Positions 12,307 to 23,678 of a stretch of 64,000 nt of DNA are shown one piece after another. The stretch spans positions 64,001 to 128,000 of the forward strand of contig JAYQLI010000012.1 of the NCBI GenBank assembly GCA_038143065.1. Reading direction: 5' to 3'. A program made the translations under genes and the position numbers. Within the stretch, counting starts at the first letter, position 1. Each line of letters opens with the position of its first letter. The DNA is from Rhodospirillales bacterium (GTDB taxonomy: Bacteria > Pseudomonadota > Alphaproteobacteria > Bin95). The notes beneath the pieces are model-generated. The model saw only the letters and a list, made by a program, of their open reading frames with translations, made no database searches and was not told where the DNA came from.

Positions 12307-12709
12307 GTAAAATACAACTGACCAAATGCGGACATTAGCATAAAGCGCAGCGAATGACTGGGTGAGCCCGAAGCAGAATTTAGCGATAAAGTCTAATGGT
12401 TACCTTATAAATCTAAACCTAGATCGAAATCATCACACATCAGCGAAGTGCTCACAAACATTTTACAACATACGAGAATATGCTGACATATTATGCCGGT
12501 GTAACAGTGGAAGTTGCTTTGTGTCCCAAAATAGCAACTGAAATTCAACGATTATCTCTCCACCGTTACACCAATATGATCAGTGTTGGGATGAGTTTTT
12601 GTTCTGTTAAATGAGGCATTCAGCACCTTGAATGCGGAAGACATAAACAAAAGTTTATGGAGATCATTCAACATTGGGCAAACGTTGCCAGTTTGCGACT
12701 GTAAGTAAA

Positions 12710-13445
12710 TCAACTTTTCTCGCTTAAAAATTCAGAAATGCCCGCCATGATTTTTTATCCGCATCTTCTAGATAATCACGAGATCCTTGCACCGTAAATG
12801 AATGACGAGCACCGCCATATACCCGCGCCGTGTGCTCCACACCGGCCTCTGTAAGCTCATTCAATAGCCCCGCTAAATCATCCATCCCTGATACTGGATC
12901 AGCGGAACCGTGCAATAAGATCGTTCCTTGAGTGTTCGAATAGTCTGGCCTTCCGGGGTCGCCAATCCTCCATGAAAACTTACAAAACCATCAAGTGGAA
13001 ACCCTGCACGCGCGCCTTCCAAGACAGCAGCACCGCCAAAACAATATCCTGCTAAGATGCTACGTGCTGTACCTTTTGAGGTTGCTTCAATCCCTTTTGA
13101 TATCCGAGCTCTGAATTCTGAGCGATCCTTGTAAAGTTTGCCTGTTTCACGACGATAATCATCAAATCCATCTAGTTTCGCATCTACACCAAACAGATCT
13201 AAGGCAACGGCCCGATAGCCTTGTTCCGCTAGCATTCTCGCTCGACCAATTTCATAGTCATCAAGTCCGTTCCAATCATGGATAATGTATACAGTTGTTG
13301 ATGCCGTGCCTTCTGGTTCGGCGACGAATGCTTTATATATGTTATCCCCGATTTGGTATGTGATCATGCTATTGTGCCCTGCCGCAATAGGTTGCGTGGC
13401 AACTAAAAGAAAAATGGATTGTAGAATTGATCTAATAAATATCAT
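12710..13445 (-). CDS. Dienelactone hydrolase family protein (frameshifted)
   Basis: IHDWNGL, nucleophile motif GYCFGG, SFHGGL, HGSADP, YGGARHSF. Confidence 0.92.
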
Positions 13446-13604
13446 CTCGTGAACTCCTTCAACATCGTAGGACTAAATAGCCTGAATATTTAGATCTGCA
13501 ACTACGTATCGATTGGGTTGAGCGCGAATGGTTTGATGGTAAATATCGAAAGTGTAATGCTGGTTCTGGTGGGGTGGCTTGCACGGCTTGGGATTATGCC
13601 AAAT

Positions 13605-13718
13605 AAAAAATGGCTGACCTAGAGGAGTAGGCCAGCCAGTATCTAACTACGGGACGCGGAGGGATTGCGTCACTAATAGGAAGACTGACTTCCCCAACCA
13701 TTGCCGAAAGCCAGTCAG
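13605..13718 (-). ncRNA. Candidate cuckoo-like multi-hairpin sRNA, copy 1
   Basis: On the - strand: hairpins with CUCCUC and UCCCUCC loops, ending in the stem TGGCTGGCCT...AGGTCAGCCA plus T6. Confidence 0.55.
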
Positions 13719-13850
13719 TGAAACAGTAACTGGTAGATACTTGTCTCAATCACCAAATCGCATCAAGCATCTGGGCGTCAAAGTTTGACCTAACGTCACA
13801 GATTTAAAATACTGATCATCTGCCTAATTTTTGTTCAACTAAAATAAAAG

Positions 13851-13956
13851 AAAAAATGGCTGACCTGTGGGAGTAGGCCAGCCAGTCTCCAACTGTCGAC
13901 ACTGGGATAGCGTCAAGGAGTAGAAGGCTGACCAGAGGGAAGTCAGGCAGCCTTCG
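13851..13956 (-). ncRNA. Candidate cuckoo-like multi-hairpin sRNA, copy 2
   Basis: Same terminal hairpin as copy 1 (CUCCCAC loop, T6) plus two further hairpins with UCCC-containing loops. Confidence 0.55.
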
Positions 13957-14223
13957 ATGACACAAAAAATTCACCTGCAGCTAGCAAGGAATTAGTAAAA
14001 TGCTAGTGTCAATTAAAGTTTACACACTTCAGATTCAGTATCAAGATAATATTTTATTTTTTTACGCTGTGTCAATCGCAGAGTAAAAAGGGCCAGATCG
14101 CATCAAGCTCAAACCAGTTAGGTATTTTCTTTGACAATGATAATATCTAATAAATTATCTTATTAAAAAGTTTCATCGGTGCTAAAAGAACACCTCAAAA
14201 TTAAAAAATGTAAAGCAAGCCAG

Positions 14224-14824
14224 ATGTACAAAATAATAGGTTCCGTCAAAAGTCGGGCGTTTCGAGTTTTATGGATGCTAGAAGAAATGGGTCTGACCCT
14301 ATGAATATACTCATGCTCCACCCCATTCAGAGTTAGTCAAACAATATAATCCCTCTGGCAAGATACCAATTCTTATAGACCGAGGCGCAGTTATTACAGA
14401 CTCAAATGCGATCATGACTTACCTAGCAGACAAACATAAGACATTGACTGCACCAGCCGGTTCAATTGAACGTGCACATCAGGATGCGCTTTCACATCAA
14501 ATCATAGACGAAATTGATGCTGTTTTGTGGGCCGCTTCTCGTCCTTCGTTAGGCCTTAAGGCATTAGAAAACTTCCCCAATATAAAAGACAGTTTCAAAC
14601 AAGAATATAAACGAAACCTTGACCGTCTTGAAAAACAGATAAAAGGGTCGTTTTTAATGGGTGACAATCTTTCTTTACCTGATTTCATCCTTGGCCATTG
14701 CGCGGGTTGGGCATATGTTGCAAAGTTTTACACTGGGAGTGAGAAATTTGGGGCATACGTTAAAAGCTTAAGAACACGACCGGCATACCAAGCTGCAGCT
14801 CGATTAGATATGTCTGACAGTTAA
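14224..14824 (+). CDS. Glutathione S-transferase (one frameshift near 14298)
   Basis: MYKIIGSVKSRAFRVLWMLEEMG, NPSGKIPIL, ITDSNAIMTYLA, FLMGDNLSLPD. Confidence 0.9.
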
Positions 14825-15161
14825 TAAGGTCCACATGTCCCATCAGGGGAAGGTGTGGAAGGTTTACAGATATAAGAATCTATCGAACCCAAAAGGGCAT
14901 TATCAGGCAACAAGAGCATACCGAAGGCGTTAAGACACGTTTGTATGAGATTTTGCGGACTACAAGACCCCAAATCACATACTAGCCAATAATAAATCGC
15001 TTTCTAGTGCGATACTAAATATACTTAATAAAATAAGATTAGTTTAGTTTAGTTAAAATATGCGGTGTGACTTAAGCAAAATATTTACTTCTTTAAACTA
15101 ATAGAACTGTCGCTTTCGGCAAAGAAAGCGTTTATGGCAAGCAATATCTTTGACAGACTGA

Positions 15162-16099
15162 TTGGAACAAAGATACTGGCCTGTTATGGAAGCCCGAAAG
15201 TTAGCTATTTGTTTAATTTTGGTATCTACGCTTGGGTTCGCGTTGCAAGACACGGTTGTGAAACTCCTAGCTAATATTGGTTCTTTGTGGCAATTGATGT
15301 TTCTGCGAGCAGTAATTGTCGTTTTAATTCTAATAACTTGGGCAGTACTTAAAAACCATCTAAATTTGATAAGACCAGCGGGCTGGAAGTGGCCAATTAT
15401 TCGCGCCTTTTTAATGAGTTGTGCGTACACTTTTTTTTATGCATCACTTCCTTTTACTTCACTAGCACAAGCGGCATCATGTTTTTTTATGGGCCCCATT
15501 TTTACCTGCCTATTTGCCGCCATAATATTAAAGGAAAAAATTGGAAGATGGAGAGTATCCTCAATTTTTTTGGGATTTTTAGGGGTACTTTACATTATTC
15601 AGCCCGGCACTTCTGGTATGCAGGCCATTTTGTTTTTGCCAGTTTTAGCGGGGGCATCTTACGCACTTGCAGTTGTAATAACTCGAGGATATTGCGCAGA
15701 TCACCCTGCCTTATCATTAACAATTATTCATAATGCATTTTATGCATTGATTGGCGCACTAATGATCACGGTTATTCCAATTTTCCCAATTGAAATAGAC
15801 ACACGAGTTTCAAATCCATTTGTTTTATCTGGTTGGGTACAACCAACATCAATGATACTTTTTTGATTGGAATTACATCGATCACTCATATTGTTGCAAT
15901 GACCGCCTCTATACGAGCCTATCAGTCAACCGAAAGTAGCTTTGTTGCCCCTCTAGAATACACATATTTAGTTTTTGCTCTAATAATTGATTACACGGTT
16001 TGGCAAACACTTCCTAATGCGCAGGGACTAATTGGTGTAACATTGGTTATTGGCGCAGGGGTCATGATTGCAATTAGAGAAGGAATAGAAAAGAAATAA
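15162..16099 (+). CDS. DMT/EamA family transporter (frameshift in a T-run near 15860)
   Basis: About 10 TM segments, LKEKIGRWR, GFLGVLYIIQPG, VAPLEYTYLVFA. Confidence 0.9.
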
Positions 16100-16373
16100 G
16101 TGGCACAATTACGCACATTTAAAGGCAGTACTAACTAGATTCTGACCTAGATAAGCGGGCATCGAAAAGCGATTGGAACAAAAAATTGCAAAACTCTTGA
16201 GAGCTGGCAAAAGTATCGTTCCCTTCACTTAAAACCTTCCACATGTTTCCACACCTTCCACCAAAGTATCCCCACCCCACCTCACATTACCAACCACTCA
16301 CCACAAAAGCGTTTAATGAGATCAGCTTGTTTGCTAAGAAAATAGCAAAGGCGAAACAGCCGCTCAGTTCTGT

Positions 16374-17052
16374 TTAAGTTCTGTTAACACCTGTTGGGTG
16401 CGCTGTGCCGTCAATTACAAGTTTCGGCTCTATACCTACATCAATTAACTCGGGTCGTTTTCCATATATTTCGACACTTTCATTAATGCTTTTTATATCC
16501 TCTACAAAATTTCATTAACCGAGGAAATCCATCTAATAATTTTGGATCAAGCTTCTTCGACAAATCTAGGTGGTGAAAACACGCAAACTCAGCAGCTCTG
16601 GGCGTGTCATCAACAAAATACTTTCCATCATGTTTGTTCAGATAACGCTCTAAATCGAAAAATCTGCTTTCCAAATCAGCTCTCATCGCATCTCGTTTAG
16701 CTTTAAAGTCTTCACCAACCGCAAAATTAACGGTTGGATTTAAAGGCGCAAATAATTCCTGTGAACTTTGTAATACAGCACTTGCTTCAGCGGCCTTTTC
16801 TGGATCAGGTATCGTAAGACCTGCTATTGCTTCTATATAATTTAAGATCGCTATGCTCTGAGCAATCTGAGTTCCATTATCTAACTCCAAAATTGGTAAT
16901 TGTTTAAATGGCACATTTGCTTTTACGTTAATCCATTGATCGTCAAAATGATCCCAAGACATCAGATACTTGTACTCTATGCCAGAAGAGCACATCAGCA
17001 TTTGTGGTGCCTCGGCAAGCGCCCGCATTTTAAAATAAATAAGCTTAATCAT
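16374..17052 (-). CDS. Glutathione S-transferase (C-terminal frameshift)
   Basis: KLIYFKMRALAE, PFKQLPIL, IAQSIAILNY; the second frame ends RPELIDVGIEPKLVIDGTAHPTGVNRT*. Confidence 0.9.
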
Positions 17053-17257
17053 CTGTCACCTTCACCAGTATGCACGATCCTAAAAGCGTAACGGCTAAAA
17101 AATAATTTTCAAAGAAATACCTTTTTCGAGAAAAAATGTGAGAGCAGGATACCTAGCAACTAGAGCGGCCGAGCTTTTTCTCCCCCCTTCTTTTTCTTGA
17201 TGTTGAACAATTCATTTGCTTAGGTTGATGCCTAATCTTTGAAGTTAAGGAAACAAA

Positions 17258-17521
17258 ATGTCATTGAACAAATATACTAAAGCCGAACTTCTTGAGATGC
17301 TTTCGTCTAGGGGCATTGATGCAAAGCCATCAATGAAGAAGGATGCGCTAATTGAATTGTTAGGAAATACCGTCGAGCCAGCGCGGGAAGAAGCAATGAT
17401 CGAAGCATCAGCGTCCGAGGAAAATACAAAGAGCACCACCAAACCAAGTGCATCTCAACCAGTATTTCTAGTAGTTGGTGTATTTATCGTACTCGCAATT
17501 CTTGCATGGATAATACTCTAA
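17258..17521 (+). CDS. Small protein with a helix-loop-helix N-terminus and a C-terminal TM anchor
   Basis: TKAELLEML...MKKDALIELL (Rho-N/SAP-like) and a hydrophobic tail; AAGGA RBS. Confidence 0.65.
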   Translation: MSLNKYTKAELLEMLSSRGIDAKPSMKKDALIELLGNTVEPAREEAMIEASASEENTKSTTKPSASQPVFLVVGVFIVLAILAWIIL

Positions 17522-17603
17522 TATTGTTGAGATAATGTTTGCCCAGCGTTTCCTCAGAAAAGCAAAGGCTCAGCGCTTTTCCGCTAAACCCTTGATATTA
17601 GCA

Positions 17604-17633
17604 GTGAGCTGTACAGGATTTGAACCTGTGACT
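17604..17633 (-). mobile_element. Degenerate tRNA 3' fragment (tRNA-Lys-like), att remnant
   Basis: - strand GTCACAGGTTCAAATCCTGTACAGCTCAC: intact T-arm hairpin and acceptor 3' strand, no D or anticodon arm. Confidence 0.6.
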
Positions 17634-17662
17634 CTCATCAATTTCAATGAACTACGCTTGTT

Positions 17663-17850
17663 GTCTTAGCCCCCTAGCTCTGTGCCTTTATATTTTGGCA
17701 AAGGGAGTAAGGAAACATGTCTCGAAAGCGTTATTCTGATGCAGATGTGTTGAAGTTATTACGCAAAATTGATGTTCATTTGCACGATGGTTTAGACGTA
17801 GTAAGTGCGTGTCGCAAAGCTGGGATTTCTGGACTGGTTTTGAAGTAGTC
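17663..17850 (+). mobile_element. IS3-family (IS407-like) left end and truncated orfA
   Basis: TGTCTTAGCCCCCT end; ATG at 17717 reads MSRKRYSDADVLKLLRKID...SACRKAGIS, then breaks off. Confidence 0.7.
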
Positions 17851-17914
17851 GAAAGGATACAGGGTTGGGCATGTCACAGAAGTTAATTTCCAAGATGCTG
17901 CTGGGCAAGGTGGT

Positions 17915-18945
17915 TTATTCTGACAAAGCCGATGCATGCATTGTAGCCTGTAACAAAAGTCTAGGCTGAGTTTGAGCTTCCTCTTGAAAATTTAATTTTG
18001 AGCGCCATCCTCTCCAATTCGCCTGAATAAGAGCTTGAGCCGTCGCACCGCCAAGCGTGGTGCCTGGGCCCAAAACGATAAAAACATCTGGCATAAATTC
18101 ACGCGCCGCTGTGCGAATAGCTGCCGTAAAGTCATAAGGTTCAACAACCTGATGCCCTAGCGTGTAGTTATATAGCGCGCTAATATCTGTCGAGTTGGGA
18201 TACCAAATTGCACCACGACCATCAATGAGCGGGATGGTCGGTTGGACAAATAGCTGCTCTGAAAGCGCGTCAAAGCCAAGTTTGGAAATAGGTCTTTGCA
18301 AATGGGTATGAAAACCTGCATGATTTTGTAGGCGCATCGGGAAACGCCCCTGTAAAGCTGGGACTGATCTTTCAAATGCGCTCAAACCTGCCTCGTTTCC
18401 CGCAAGTACCAACATGCCACCAAGATCAATGGATAGGCCCAGATCGTGATCTGGGCGGGCGTTGATCGTGGCGGCTTCAGACAGCAAATTGTCGCGTCTG
18501 CCAGGAATTTCTTGCCAATTATCGTCTAGAAAAGGATAGATCAATTGGCCACCAATCATGTGAACTTGCATGAGCGTTCCCATGGTGTTGACAACCTGCA
18601 TCCCACCCATGGGATCAAGTGCACCCGCGCAAGCCAACGCGATATACCAACCCATGGAATTGCCCGTTATCCCAACAATATCGAAAAGATCACGATCAAT
18701 GGAAACAAAATCAGAATAGGCGCAGGCATAAATAAGCGGTGCCGCATTGTCACCGCGCGTGTGTGTGGGACCAGAAAATTGGGAAAACGTATCTAGCTCA
18801 CTGATTTTTTTTGGCCAAGCGTGGCGCGGTAAGCATCAAATTGGTCAAGATTTGGAGCGTTCGGGTGATGCCGTTTCAGATAACCGAGTTCGTTTTTATT
18901 ATAAGTGCCCCGGCCAGGCGCGATAACAACTGCGGTTTGTTTCAT
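17915..18945 (-). CDS. FabD-like acyltransferase (ACP S-malonyltransferase family), frameshifted near 18810
   Basis: MKQTAVVIAPGRGTY start overlapping the upstream stop (ATGA); GNSMG nucleophile motif; HAGFH; YTLGHQV; LGPG. Confidence 0.85.
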
Positions 18946-21125
18946 AAGGTATTCCAAAGCTTCGTAGCAGCCGTGATTATACTCTCTCGACTGGGCATTG
19001 TGGCGGCATATGCTGGACCCGTCGCGATAAAGCTATCTTCCGCAGCAAGACGTGCCACGGGGAGATCGCTGCGTTCCGTAAGCATCGCAAATAAGGCTTC
19101 GGCCTGGCCACCGGTTCCGCGACATTCATCTACAACCAGAACTTTTTGTGCACCGTCAATGGCGGATAATATGCCCTCGGCAGGAAGAGGGGCAATCCAG
19201 CGGATGTCGACAATACGTACTTCAATTCCTTGTTTTTTCAGAACTTTAGCGGCTTGTTGTGATAAATAATGACCATTGCCATAAGTGATAATAGCCAAAG
19301 GGCCATTGCCTGTAACGCCGACTTCGCCCAATGAAATGCATTCATCCATTGCGGGGTAAGTGTGCATCCAACCGCCGTCTTTTTCATCGTGCAAATCACG
19401 CATTGGATACAGCGCGATGGGTTCTACAAACACCACAACACGCTGTTCTTCGCGCGCTAGTCGTAAGCATTCGCGCAGCATTTTAACAGCGTCAGCACCG
19501 TGGGATGGGCAAGCAACGATCACTCCAGGGATGTCGCGCAAGACTGCAAGCGAATTATCGTTATGGAAATGCCCACCAAAACCTTTTTGGTAACCCAATC
19601 CCGCTATGCGCAGCACCATAGGGTTTGTGAATTGTCCATTGGAAAAAAAAGAGAGCGTTGCGGCTTCGCCGCGAATTTGATCTTCAGCGTTGTGAAAATA
19701 AGCAAGGAACTGGATCTCAGGAAGTGGAATAAACCCGTTATGGGCCAAACCGATCGCCAAGCCGAGTATGGATTGCTCATCTAGCAATGTGTCGATCACC
19801 CGATCCTGACCGAAACGATCACAAAGCTTTTGGGTCACACCATAAACGCCTCCTTTACGGCCCACGTCTTCGCCCATCATTATAATTTCAGGATGTTCAA
19901 GCATAAGATCGGTCAATGCCCAGTTTATCAACTTCGACATATTTTGAGGTTTTTCCATTTGTTGTATGTCGCTGCCGAATGCAATCTCTCGTGCCTCTTT
20001 AGATGGACCGTTGGTGAGCTTACATTCTCTTTTGGGTGGCACGATAGAGGCCATGACCTCCCGCGATGTAGACAGACGTTGTTGTTGGATCACCTCCTCA
20101 GCGACTCGAGCGCATTGCTCTTCAGTCTCAAGATATATTGAGAGAACCTGGTCAGCCGTTAGAACGCCGCTTTCGGTAAGCAAGCGCGCCGAATGCAGCA
20201 GCGGATCGTTTTGCTCCCATTCCTCAAATATACTTTTCGCCAGATAAGTTTGTTGCAGATCTGCGCCTGCATGACCGTAAAGGCGAACCAGCGAAAGATG
20301 TAAAAATGCAGGTTTCTTTCTTTTGCGGACATATTCTGCAGATGCCTGTGCTACGCAAAAAGTGTCAAATAAATCAAGGCCGTTTGCTTTGAAGTATTTC
20401 AGACCTGGTTTATTGGCAAAGCTTGCGCCAATCCAACCTTGAGGTGTGCGCGTGGAAATGCCGATATCGTTGTCTTCACAAACAAACAATAGAGGTAGTG
20501 GGACAGATTGATAGGAGGTCCAGCAGGCTGTATTTATTGCCCCTTGCGCTGTGGAATGGTTCGCCGACGCATCACCAAACGAGCACATGACAATGCTATC
20601 ATCCTTCAAAACTTTGTGTTCAGGTGGATGTCGTTTGGCTAATGAAATGGAATATGCAGTACCGACCGCTTTGGGAAGGTGACTGGCAATCGTAGACGTT
20701 TGGGGCGGGATGTTCATAGCCTTGGATCCAAGTACCTTATGACGACCGCCAGACATAGGGTCCGATTTTGCGGTGGAGAAGCTGAGCAGCATATCCCAAG
20801 CAGGTGTTGTTCCAGGCACCATTGCAGAACGGCGCGTTTGAAACGCACCATCCCGATAATGCAGAAACGCCATATCATCGGGCCGTAATGCAGAAGCAAT
20901 CGCCGCCATGCCTTCGTGCCCGGATGAACCGATGGTATAAAACCCTTGTCCAGCGCTTTGCATTTTGCGCGAGCGTCGATCAAGATTTCGGCTCAGGCAT
21001 TGAGCCCGAAAAATCGCAACGGCCTCAAAGCTAGACAAAGGACCGTATGGCGCATCACCACTGGGAAATTCACCTGCACTCACTCTGGCAAGAAAAGCCT
21101 CGTGAACGATATCTGCGCGATCCAT
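18942..21125 (-). CDS. Fused alpha/beta TPP-dependent 2-oxoacid dehydrogenase E1
   Basis: GHEG, HYRD, TPP motif GDAS...EDN, GEDVGRKGGVY, LDEQ, EIQF, FGGHFHN. Confidence 0.92.
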   Translation of the reverse strand: MDRADIVHEAFLARVSAGEFPSGDAPYGPLSSFEAVAIFRAQCLSRNLDRRSRKMQSAGQGFYTIGSSGHEGMAAIASALRPDDMAFLHYRDGAFQTRRSAMVPGTTPAWDMLLSFSTAKSDPMSGGRHKVLGSKAMNIPPQTSTIASHLPKAVGTAYSISLAKRHPPEHKVLKDDSIVMCSFGDASANHSTAQGAINTACWTSYQSVPLPLLFVCEDNDIGISTRTPQGWIGASFANKPGLKYFKANGLDLFDTFCVAQASAEYVRKRKKPAFLHLSLVRLYGHAGADLQQTYLAKSIFEEWEQNDPLLHSARLLTESGVLTADQVLSIYLETEEQCARVAEEVIQQQRLSTSREVMASIVPPKRECKLTNGPSKEAREIAFGSDIQQMEKPQNMSKLINWALTDLMLEHPEIIMMGEDVGRKGGVYGVTQKLCDRFGQDRVIDTLLDEQSILGLAIGLAHNGFIPLPEIQFLAYFHNAEDQIRGEAATLSFFSNGQFTNPMVLRIAGLGYQKGFGGHFHNDNSLAVLRDIPGVIVACPSHGADAVKMLRECLRLAREEQRVVVFVEPIALYPMRDLHDEKDGGWMHTYPAMDECISLGEVGVTGNGPLAIITYGNGHYLSQQAAKVLKKQGIEVRIVDIRWIAPLPAEGILSAIDGAQKVLVVDECRGTGGQAEALFAMLTERSDLPVARLAAEDSFIATGPAYAATMPSRESIITAATKLWNTL

Positions 21126-21144
21126 AAATTATTTCCCTAGATGT

Positions 21145-22353
21145 TCAAAAAAAGGCCTGCAAGCCGGTCTGTGCGCGGCCCAAGATAAGGGCATGCACAT
21201 CATGGGTTCCTTCGTAGGTGTTAACCGTTTCCAGATTAACCATATGGCGGATCACCTGAAACTCCTCAGAAATTCCATTGCCTCCGTGCATGTCACGAGC
21301 ATGGCGAGCAATTTCTAAGGCTTTGCCGCAATTATTACGCTTCATAATACTGATCATTTCTGGCGCAGCCTTTGCCTCGTCCATCAGGCGGCCAATGCGC
21401 AAGCTTCCCTGCAAACCAAGTGTGATTTCAGTTTGCATATTGGCCAATTTCAATTGGAAAAGTTGTGTTTGAGCAAGTGGTTTATTGAACTGTTTACGAT
21501 CCAAACCATACTGGCGCGATGCATGCCAGCAGAATTCTGCAGCCCCCAGAACACCCCATGAAATACCGTAACGTGCCCGGTTCAAACACCCAAACGGCCC
21601 CTTAAGACCTTCGACATTCGGAAGCAGTGCATCTTCGCTCACTTCCAGGTTATCCATAACAATTTCGCCGGTGATTGAGGTACGCAATGACATTTTACCG
21701 CCAATTTTAGGTGCCGAAAGACCTTTCATACCTTTATCCAGAATGAAGCCGCGAATTTTATCGCCATGGGCGTTAGATTTTGCCCAAACCACAAATACAT
21801 CTGCGACTGGGCTGTTTGAAATCCACATTTTAGAACCGTTAAGGACATACCCGCCCTGCACTTTTTCTGCGCGGGTTTTCATATCACCCGGATCACTACC
21901 GGCATCTGGTTCAGTAAGCCCAAAACAACCGATGAATTCGCCACTGGCCAGTTTAGGTAAATATTTCTGACGCTGTTCTTCGGAGCCATAGGCATATATC
22001 GGATACATCACCAATGAGGATTGCACGGACATCATAGAACGGTACCCAGAATCAACACGTTCAATTTCGCGCGCAACCAGCCCGTAAGTGACATAAGATG
22101 CGCCTAAACCGCCGTATTCCTCAGGAACGGTAACGCCAAGCAAACCCATTTCTCCCATTTCACGGAAAATTTTTGTTTCTGTGGTTTCATTGGCATAGGC
22201 TTCAATAACGCGAGGCTGTAGTTTTTCTTGAGCAAAGGTACGGGCTGAATCCCGCATCATCCGTTCTTCCTCATTGAGTTGCTGCTCCAGAAAAAATGGG
22301 TCATCCCAGTTAAAACAAGACAAGCCTGGGACGTCTTTGGGTTTTAGTGACAT
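21145..22353 (-). CDS. gcdH: Glutaryl-CoA dehydrogenase
   Basis: [64 protein letters not shown]. Confidence 0.95.
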   Translation of the reverse strand: MSLKPKDVPGLSCFNWDDPFFLEQQLNEEERMMRDSARTFAQEKLQPRVIEAYANETTETKIFREMGEMGLLGVTVPEEYGGLGASYVTYGLVAREIERVDSGYRSMMSVQSSLVMYPIYAYGSEEQRQKYLPKLASGEFIGCFGLTEPDAGSDPGDMKTRAEKVQGGYVLNGSKMWISNSPVADVFVVWAKSNAHGDKIRGFILDKGMKGLSAPKIGGKMSLRTSITGEIVMDNLEVSEDALLPNVEGLKGPFGCLNRARYGISWGVLGAAEFCWHASRQYGLDRKQFNKPLAQTQLFQLKLANMQTEITLGLQGSLRIGRLMDEAKAAPEMISIMKRNNCGKALEIARHARDMHGGNGISEEFQVIRHMVNLETVNTYEGTHDVHALILGRAQTGLQAFF

Positions 22354-22364
22354 ATGACTATCCT

Positions 22365-23597
22365 TTATGAAAGTTTGGCCACGGCGTTAGCAATACGCGC
22401 ACAACCTTCTTTTAAATCCGCCATCGCATAGGCGTATGACAATCGAAAATGGCCGGACAAACCAAAAGCGCGCCCGGGCACAAGCGCAACGCCGGCACTG
22501 GCTAAGATGTATTCACAAAATTCGGCGTCAGTGGTTAGCTCGGTTCCATCTGGCGTTTTGAGGCCAAAGGTTTTCACACATGAGGGAAAAACATAAAACG
22601 CACCGCCCGGGGTGGGGCAATCAAGGCGCCGTGTTTTGTTCAATGCATCCACCACATAGTCTCGACGTTCTTTGAAAGACGCTAGGCGTTTGCTCAGAAC
22701 ATCTTGTGGCCCTGTAAGGGCAGCAATTGCGGCGGCCTGCGAAATTGAGCATGCTCCAGATGTGGATTGGCCCTGCACGCCCACCATTGTAGCGATAAGT
22801 TCACGCGGGCCAATGCCCCAGCCCAAACGCCAACCAGTCATGGCATAGGCTTTGGACACACCATTTACAATGAGCATGCGGGCCAAAAGGTCGGGCGCAA
22901 TTTCACGGAATGATGTGAAAGTATCATATGAGATATGTTGATAAATTTCATCTGCCAATATCCAAACATGCGGGTTTGCACGCAAAACATCAGCGAGAGC
23001 AGATAATTCTTGTGAAGAATATAACGCGCCAGACGGATTGCCAGGTGAATTCAGCAATAACCATTTTGTTTTTGATGTAATTGCGGCAGACAGTTGTGCT
23101 GGGGATAGCTTGAAATTTGTTTCGCCAGTGCATGCGACTGGCACTAAATTAGCCTGACAAAACGCTACTATGTCGGCGTATGATGTCCAATAAGGCGCAG
23201 GAACAATAACTTCGTCTCCTTGATTAAGCGTGGCCAGGAAAGCATTTGATAGCACCTGTTTCGCTCCTGTACAGACGATCACTTCGGTTTTGTCCGGTTT
23301 TCCGCTTGGGCCGGAAGCCGTGTGTTCTATAATGGCCTTCCTTAAAGAAGGTATGCCCTGCGTTGGTGGGTAAGTTGTTTGCCCTGCTAGCATAGCAGAA
23401 TGCGCGGCTTCGATGATATTCATTGGTGTTGGGAAATCTGGTTCGCCGGTACCAAAACTAAGAATATTCTCACCTTTAGCTTTGCGGGCTTGCACTGATT
23501 CTGAAATCCGAACGATTTCGGATAGTTTAACAGCTGCAGCGCGGTCAGATCTAGCAAACATAGGTGTTTTAATTTTTGTGTTCATTACGATACGCAA
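22365..23597 (-). CDS. PLP-dependent aminotransferase class I/II
   Basis: [32 protein letters not shown]. Confidence 0.93.
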   Translation of the reverse strand: MRIVMNTKIKTPMFARSDRAAAVKLSEIVRISESVQARKAKGENILSFGTGEPDFPTPMNIIEAAHSAMLAGQTTYPPTQGIPSLRKAIIEHTASGPSGKPDKTEVIVCTGAKQVLSNAFLATLNQGDEVIVPAPYWTSYADIVAFCQANLVPVACTGETNFKLSPAQLSAAITSKTKWLLLNSPGNPSGALYSSQELSALADVLRANPHVWILADEIYQHISYDTFTSFREIAPDLLARMLIVNGVSKAYAMTGWRLGWGIGPRELIATMVGVQGQSTSGACSISQAAAIAALTGPQDVLSKRLASFKERRDYVVDALNKTRRLDCPTPGGAFYVFPSCVKTFGLKTPDGTELTTDAEFCEYILASAGVALVPGRAFGLSGHFRLSYAYAMADLKEGCARIANAVAKLS

Positions 23598-23678
23598 TTA
23601 TTTTTGTTGATATGAAACAGATATCTTTATTAATATCGAATATTACGGACAAATTTTACGAAATTTTGGAATTAGATC

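Noticed and set aside
14849-16259. 13-bp inverted repeat GGAAGGTGTGGAA / TTCCACACCTTCC flanking the DMT gene, as an invertible or mobile unit
   Set aside because: Short and low-complexity, with no adjacent recombinase or target duplication; could be chance or an iteron remnant.
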